64,000 nt of DNA. Source: Balanoglossus misakiensis. Its lineage: Eukaryota > Animalia > Hemichordata. This document shows positions 56,394 to 64,000 of this stretch, piece by piece. Location: NCBI GenBank assembly GCA_040954595.2, contig CM082595.2, positions 2,403,943-2,467,942 of the forward strand, written 5' to 3'. How positions within the stretch are numbered: position 1 is the first letter of the stretch; each line of letters starts with the position of its first letter. Under the pieces are notes generated by a model. The model made no database searches and was not told the origin of the DNA. It worked only from the letters and a program-made list of their open reading frames with translations. Made by a program: the position numbers and the translations under genes.

Positions 56394-59300
56394 GCATTTG
56401 TGTTGTTCAAGCCACTATCTAGTCAATTGAATGTGTCATTTCTAGGTAGGAATTTTATAAGGGAATTTGCCATACTATGCTATAGAAATTCAGTAATCCT
56501 CAGTTGATATTTGAATGTATTCAGTCCAACCATACACCCTGGAGCAATGTTCCAACCAAACATTTTAGTTAATGTGATCCATTAAAGTCCTATCCTGAGC
56601 CTCGGATTTACGGTTCCGTCGGCGAGGGCGTGTAACTATGGAAATATACATCGCCCTTGGTTAGGGCGTGGTCAGGCGTGTAGCGCCACCAAGTGGTGAA
56701 ATATGTATTTCAGAGGAATACGTGTTCTGGCATATCATATGTACTCGTAATATGATATTCACTATTTTATGGTAATACGTACTCAAAGCAATATATAAAT
56801 TAATAGAAAATACAGTCGAACTTAAATATGCCAGCATAATAGTGATTTTAATAGTTCCTATAGTGGATTGGTATACGAAAAAAAACGTACTGAATTCACA
56901 TATGAAACAAACATATGTAACATAACAACCCTTGAGAAATCTACAATGTATATCAAAATTGAAGTACTCTCAATGATACTAAAGAGCAATTACAGAACAC
57001 TCTTAAATTGTCAGTATGTAGCCTCAGGGAAATCGTTTCAAATTCACTCAATTTTTTGGTTCTGTACTATCGGGGAAATTTAGCGAGTGTTCTCACGGCC
57101 GTGCATACTAATGAGCATGCATTCCATGACCCCATGACACGAACGAACCCACAGCGTAAAACATGTAAATACTATGTCAATGACTAGCACTGTATACGGG
57201 TTGGTCTACACTATTCACTGAAGTTTCTTCGAGGAAACCAACATGGCGGGTCTCTCACTTAAACTTTGAAAATCACAACGTGGTGAGAAGATTTAGTTCG
57301 GATACGTGGCACGATCGCCTCTAGTGAGTATGGTTGATAATTTTGTCTCGGAACAGGTGGTTGTCATGGGCCGCTGTGTGCGTCGATGATCGAACCGGCG
57401 AGTTTGACATCCGCGCTCGCTCTTGTTCGAATAGTACCGTGCGCTGCGCATAACTAGAAGTTCACTCTGCCATATATTTCGTGTGTCGTTTCGTGATTGT
57501 TATAATTTTAACCGGGAAATCGTTAGGCTTTGATCACGGAATTGATTAAAGTGCTCTTTTGCCCATTTTAAGAATATGGTAGGATCTTTCTGGCAAATCA
57601 CGACCCATTCGTCTGGTCCACGTACGCACTGTATACCACGGCCGATTGACCATGTCGTGTGACAACGCCTATATGAAGGACGGGAGCTCCATGGCCATAC
57701 GTCGGCCGTAGGCGTTAGTCTCGACAAAAATGTCACAAACCAACAAGTTTCACTGTCGTTTGATCACGCAGAAGGTAACATATGTTTCGAAATTCGACAT
57801 GGCCATGGACGCAGTAACAGCGCTTGTTTTGGCTGGTTCGTTGCGTAATGTATACTGGTACGATTGTGGCCTGTCTCTGTCGGAAAGCTTTTCATGCCTT
57901 TCCAGGAATAGCTTATGGTTCTAGCTGTTCTGCGACGTTCGCTTTCTGGTGTGGTGTTCGCTTTCTGTTGAGTGCGAGATTCATGTTCATCTTTGGAATA
58001 AATCCAGTAGACTTTCTTGACATTGAAATAGACAATCACGGCCATCAGCCTAGTATCTGTACGAAAGTTAAAGTTTTCATAGCGTGTCATACATATCGTC
58101 ACGTAATTTTTATAAGGACTTTGCCAGGTAGTATTAAAACGTCAATTCAAACCGAATACTCTTTCTGTGTTTGTTTTTCTGTTAAATGAGAGACGAGCGA
58201 GTTTGCGGATTCATTCTGTGAAACGGACAATTGGCTTTCAGCATCGCACGATGTCAACGCAACAAGGGTTATTTATTCAAAGGTGTTTCTATTCACTCCA
58301 TTGTAATACTAGTAGTTCCATATGGTAGGCATGTATGCCAAATGTACCCGTGTTCAACGGATATCTTCAACGCTTCAGCAATCATCAAAGTGTTTTATAA
58401 CCATTCCGGAAAAAATGACACTTGTTGTAGCTTGGATATGTATTTTTATATGTGATGATGTCAATTTCGCGTTGCCGTACATGAAACCGGTACGCGCATA
58501 TGATTTGATGGACGCCTGATCATATTTAAAATTTACATTTGCGTCTCCATGGAGACCTGAGCGATAAACCGCACCATAAATTGAAATAAATATAATTGGA
58601 CACTTCACATCGGTCCATCATAACTGACGCACAACGGCAGCTGTGCATATTTTGTCAGCACGTGTGCAATCTCCGTTAATAACTTGCCATAGAAACGGGA
58701 TTAAATTCATGTTTCATAACTTGTGAGTTTCAGTCTGTGTATAGATATATCCGCTTCGTAAAGTACACCCACACCTGTGACGCTGTCGTACGGTGTTTCC
58801 CCGCGCATTGACTTTACTGCCTTCCTGCAGACGACAGGTAAATACGATAGAGTAAATCAGCGTTTTTCAGAACCACGACATGAGCTATTTCCATCGTAAT
58901 ATTGAAACCACATACGCTAGCTAAGCAACGGTTTTTTCATGATCAATAGACGGGGCTCCAACTGTATTTTTCATTTCAAACGAGAAGCTACTTTCTCAGT
59001 ATGCTAATTTTAGTACGCTTTACTCATGCAAAGGCGTATACTAGTAGTCTATACTTACTACTTCCATTGTGAGCTCATTTGATGAATGTATAAATTTAGA
59101 GTTTACACGGGTGGTGTATGAGCGAAAACTAAATTAAAACTCCACAAAATGCTATTTTCGAAATGAGTATGCACATATAGTTAAAGAAGCTGCTGGTTAT
59201 GTTGTCCACGTGGCAAACTGACAATCACGCGTAAATTATTTCAGCTAGCCAAGCCTTGTCTATACCCTACATTTATATTCAAAATGGTGTGCGTGGTTTG

Positions 59301-59476
59301 GCGATATTGATTTGATTTGATTTGCTTTGCTTTGGTTGGATTCATCCACCATACTGAAACTCGAAAAATGTTCAACTTATGCGGCCCTCAATGAAGGGGT
59401 GATGCAACATTCAGTATACCATTCATGCGTGTAAGTCGAAAGCAGATTATCAGCTTATTTAGCCTGATTGTCCAAA

Positions 59477-59860
59477 AATAGATGGTTTTCCATTCACTGC
59501 GAGATCTCGGAGATCTCGCGAGACTTGTGTCGTTAATTACGATGCCTGTGTCACATTAGAATGTTCTTCCATGCTAAACTGCCGGCCACGCGAAATCTCG
59601 CACGGCCTCGATTATAGGCTCAGAATCAGTAGTACGTTGAACGTTTAATTACATTCCTTACATATTTACATGAAGTAAAAGTAATTATCATCACAGCAAA
59701 ATTTATAGCAAGGCCAATTCCCAGGGTTTATATCTCGATTCCCAGGATTTTTGATTTATATGAAGCCACATACGTGCAGAAAAAGAAATGAATAAAACTG
59801 AATTTCACATACATCTACATGCATATGCGAGATCTCACAATTGGCGGAAAATCATCTATT
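59477..59860. mobile_element. ~380-bp MITE with 15-bp terminal inverted repeats (TAG..CTA core, possibly Academ-like)
   Basis: AATAGATGGTTTTCC ... GGAAAATCATCTATT (14/15 inverted match) with subterminal GCGAGATCTC motifs at both ends. The superfamily is inference. Confidence 0.65.
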
Positions 59861-60498
59861 GAACGTTTGGAAGGGCGACGTTTACCGAGACCTCCTCCAC
59901 AAGATATATGTACAGACCAAATTACAGTGAAAGAATTATTTCCTTTTAACAACATCTCCCCTATTGAATAGCTCTTTATATAAATAGTGTCATTCCAGTT
60001 AGTAATTGCCGCGTTTAGGACGACCGTCCAATTATGTGATTGTATTAAGCAGAACTGGACATGCGATTATTAAAGTAGAAACGTGGCTATAGAACAATGC
60101 CGCTTCCACTGCAAATTCACAATTGTTAATGTAGGTCTTTCTTTTCTTTCAGGCTGACATTGATAGAGTTGCCAGAAAATTATATCCCATTGGTGAGGAA
60201 TCCTGATATCAAGCAGATTACGCCGTCCAGTGTCGTTGTTCCACCGGTTATAGAAAGAGGGATCACTATATTAATATCAGAAACTGACAACGGAAGTGTT
60301 ACGTAAATTTGTGAAAAATACAGGGTCCCTGAAATATACGCACGTCATTCAAAACTGGGTGGATTCGGCTTCCTGTCGCCGGGAGGAATTTGTTGGCAGC
60401 ACGATTTGCGGGGACAGCACGTTGCTTCACTACAAGAACTGACCGCATTTGACTTTTTCACTTTCGAAAGTTAGAACCCGACATTGTAGTGCGCAAAA

Positions 60499-62670
60499 AT
60501 GGCATTCTGTTTGGAATTTCTGAGCAAGATAAGCCGCTTGAAGACGTTCGAGACGGACTTGATGGAGACGCCCCTGAAACGATGTCTGAGCACGTTGGAT
60601 TTGACCCTGTTGGGTATTGGGGGTATGGTCGGCGCTGGACTGTATGTTTTAACCGGAACCGTTGCCAAGGAGATAGCAGGTCCTGCAGTTGTCATCTCGT
60701 TTGTCATCGCGGGATTCGCGTCACTTCTCGCCGCTGTCTGCTACGCCGAGTTCGGAGCCAGGGTTCCCAAGACAGGGTCTGCTTACGTGTACACTTACGT
60801 TACCATGGGAGAAATGTGGGCGTTTCTGATTGGATGGAATATCATATTGGAGTATTTGGTCGGGGCGGCGTCCGTTGCGCGCGCCTGGAGTGGCTATTTC
60901 GATGAACTATTGGACCACAGAATTCGAAACTTTACTTATGGAGTGATCGGTGGGCCGTGGGACCAGCCTCCTTTCGCTCAGTACCCAGATCTGTTCTCGT
61001 TCATCCTGGTCGCGATAATAACGTTCTTTGTTTGTCTCGGGGCGAACTTTTCGGCCAAGTTCAATACAATTTTCGCATCGTTGAATCTGTGCGTGGTTGT
61101 CTTCGTGGTAGGTGTCGGTCTGTACTTTGCCGATCTCCACAACTGGAAGACAGAGGGAGGTTTTGCTCCGTATGGTTTCTCTGGCATCATGTCCGGCGCT
61201 GCCTCCTGCTTCTACGCGTACATCGGTTTCGATGCCATAGCAACGTCGGGCGAGGAGGCAAAGAATCCAGCTCGCAGTATCCCCATAGCTGTCATCGCGG
61301 CCTTGGCTGTTGCTACTCTAGCTTACATCAGCGTTTCTGCAGTCTTGACGTTGATGGTTCCTTACTATGACATCACGCCTGAAGCGGCCCTACCAGCTGC
61401 CTTTCGCCTGCACAACCTTCCCTGGGCGCAGTACATCGTCGGAATTGGCGCCCTCTGTGGCATTACTACCACACTGCTGTCGAACATGTTTGCTCTCCCA
61501 CGATGCGTTTATGCGATGGCCAGCGACGGGTTACTTTTCTCTGTTTTAGCCAGAGTTTACTCGAAAACACAAGTGCCCGTTATCGCGACTGTTATCTTCG
61601 GCATTTTCACCGGCATCCTATCGGTCGTTTTCGATCTGGAAGCACTGGTCGAGTTTCTGTCTATCGGTACCTTACTGGCGTACACCATTGTGGCAGCTAG
61701 CGTGATTGTCCTCCGCTATCAACCGAAAGCACTCATCGTTGGGGGCGCAACAGAAGACGAAGATGGCGCCGAAGACAAGGCAAATCAGAAACGACAAGAG
61801 TTGTACGAAAACCCCGAAGAGTACGGAAAGCTGAAGAAAAAATTCGAAAATCTTCGATTCCTGGCTTCGTTCAAGCCCGGCTCAGTGGCAGCTTTCTCTA
61901 CGCTTGCAATGGGAATATTCATGTTTGCATTAGCAGCGGTTCTGGGTTATGGAGGCGAAGCTGTTAGTTCTGCAGAGGCCTGGGCTATCGTGCTCATCAT
62001 TCTGTTTAGTTTCATGATTTTGGCGTCGTTTACAATGATCTGTCTTCACAACCAAAACACCACGATTCTCACGTTCAAGGTGAGTGGAAAACACCAACAG
62101 AAAGAAATTTGAACTGTACTTTGACCAAAACGATATTTTCTCCTGTATGTCAGAATGCGAGCATTTCCTTGGCACTGAATGTTCTAAAATCAAACTTACG
62201 TCTATTCACTTGCAGGTCCCGTTTGTACCGTTTGTACCCGCTTTGAGCATATTCTGCAACGCAGTGCTGATGATGAAATTATCCAACATGACATGGATAC
62301 GTTTTGTTGTCTGGGTTACTGTCGGTAAGTCACTCTTGGCCGCTAAGTAAGGTGAATAATGAGGTCGTTTGAAAAGTTTAATCCTTGTTTGTTTTTAAAT
62401 ATTGTGGCATCTGACTTTTTTCTTTTGCTATTTCCAGGCATGATTTTATACTTTACCTATGGAATTCGAAAAAGTAAAGAAGCGCGTCGCTGGGAGGCGG
62501 AACACAGACCGGAAGTGCATTACTTCGTCATGCCACAGGAGGCGCTGTACACAATGGAGGGAACAGTGGAGCTGCAGCAACCGCCCAGTGCGGGAAATCA
62601 CCATGGTGACGACACGAGCAGCGAGACGGGGGATACACACACGTTGCTACCGTCGAGTGGGAAACAATGA
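60499..62670 (+). CDS. SLC7A4: Cationic amino acid transporter, CAT-4-like (APC superfamily), 640 aa; exons 60499-62079, 62216-62324, 62438-62670
   Basis: RLKTFETDLMETPLKRCLSTLDLTLLGIGGMVGAGLYVLTG closely follows the SLC7A4 N-terminus. CYAEFGARVPKTGSAY, GFDAIATSGEEAKNP, FKVPFVPFVP and YFTYGIRKS are CAT family motifs. Canonical splice sites. Family is certain; orthology to SLC7A4 is likely. Confidence 0.88.
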
Positions 62671-64000
62671 CGCCAAAAAGAACATACAAAAGTCTGATAA
62701 CTTGGAAAAGAGATTCCGTAATTTCATATTACTCATGGAATTCTCACGGTATGCTTACGTGAGCGCCGAAGACTAGTCGTGTTTTGCACAGTAAGAATGG
62801 ATTGAACGTCAACCGACCGTTCAGTTTCTCAAATGCTATTTTATTTACATTCGGGTTACCTCGAACACTGACTGACACCGTGGTCTGATAACATTACATG
62901 TTATTATTTTTTTGCATCGACCGATGAAAACTTATCGAGGATCATAGCTGGCAACATTCTAAGCTCTGAAGCTGGACAAAGTACATTACCAAACTGAAAT
63001 CTACAAAGAGTGAAACTTTTACAACAGATATGTGACTGCCATGAAGTATCATTAGGCCTAAAATTATCATTAGTATAAACGTGCCTTGAATTAATTAGTT
63101 TTAGCAGTCAGAACATTCTCCTAAGATTTGCACACCCGTCAGGTAAAACAAAACAAAAAATACGTCGGCTCTAAGGCACATATAATGCACATATAATATA
63201 GAAGATATGACTATTTTGAACTTGGTGTTTTGTTCGGGGGTATAGATTAACATCTTTTACTGTTTGAAACCGCACAAAATTCACATTTACATTGATTTGT
63301 ATTATATCCTGTCTTCCAAACTCTCTCTTTATGAAATGTAGCTAAATACGTATATGGAGAAAAATGTTAGTGGCCTAATTCCGAAATAAACTCGGATATC
63401 GATAAAAATGAACGCTTGTGTGAATATCTTTCATCAAGGAAGTAAGCGTCTCGAAAATTGAAATCAAAGTTGAACTTCTGCTATATTGTACAAGACAACT
63501 AGAATTGGGACCATGACCTCTGCACCAGATCTGTGCCGCAGTGAACTTTTTTTTCTCGAGTGAGGCAGCAAAATACACCAAATCACGTGTACTGGTCGTG
63601 ATGAAAATGTGGGATTTAAAATAGCTTGTATGTCTTATTTTTATACGCTTTCGTATGAGACAGATCCATCTCATTTGCATATCACTAGTGAAAAGTCCCT
63701 GCGTGTGTTATTTTGCCTGCGACAACACTAAGCGGCAGTACATGCGTAAAATACGTTGTATTTTATATCATTTTATCGCTTTTTCAAGTGGAGTTGGTGA
63801 GTATCTTGCTTATGACCGAGAAACAAGATGGCGAGGTAAGGATAAACAGGCGAATTGCGTATTCTCCTCGGATGTGAGTGGTAACTTGTCATTAATAATA
63901 CTGTAACAATGAAATTGCAATAACGACTTAAAGCTTGTTTTGCAGTACCAATGTCAATGTGCGCATAGCCACAAAAGAAGACATGGAAGTTGCGACCGAT

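Noticed and set aside
57360-57445. tRNA or SINE head (GTTCGAAT B-box-like)
   Set aside because: No cloverleaf, acceptor stem or properly spaced A-box.
60907-62776. Overlapping alternative-frame ORFs in the transporter gene
   Set aside because: They are shadow frames of the CAT CDS; 62084 and 62359 simply contain its exons 2 and 3.

Overview
Animal (metazoan) genomic DNA. It is AT-rich with many short GT-AG introns; an invertebrate deuterostome origin is my inference only. Layout: (1) 1-8328 is a composite satellite. About 18 copies of an 87-bp monomer (A) meet about 75 copies of a related 88-bp monomer (B) in the opposite orientation at the palindrome AAAGTCGACTTT, and about 1.6 diverged copies (C) then flip back. 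A short unique, repeat-rich segment follows to ~8650. (2) 9832-11686 (-) is a four-exon gene assembled by hand from splice sites; it encodes an unrecognised ~332-aa protein with a likely signal peptide and a Pro-rich region. (3) About 12-20 kb has no supportable gene, only repeat remnants. (4) 20399-52849 (-) is a complete VPS13D of about 70 exons, head-to-head with (5) SDHB at 53395-55789 (+, 8 exons). (6) 60499-62670 (+) is a CAT-4/SLC7A4-like cationic amino acid transporter. Introns carry several MITE families, an L2/CR1 3' fragment, microsatellites and isolated hairpins. No rRNA, tRNA or CRISPR array was seen. All alignments and counts were done by eye; no database search was run.
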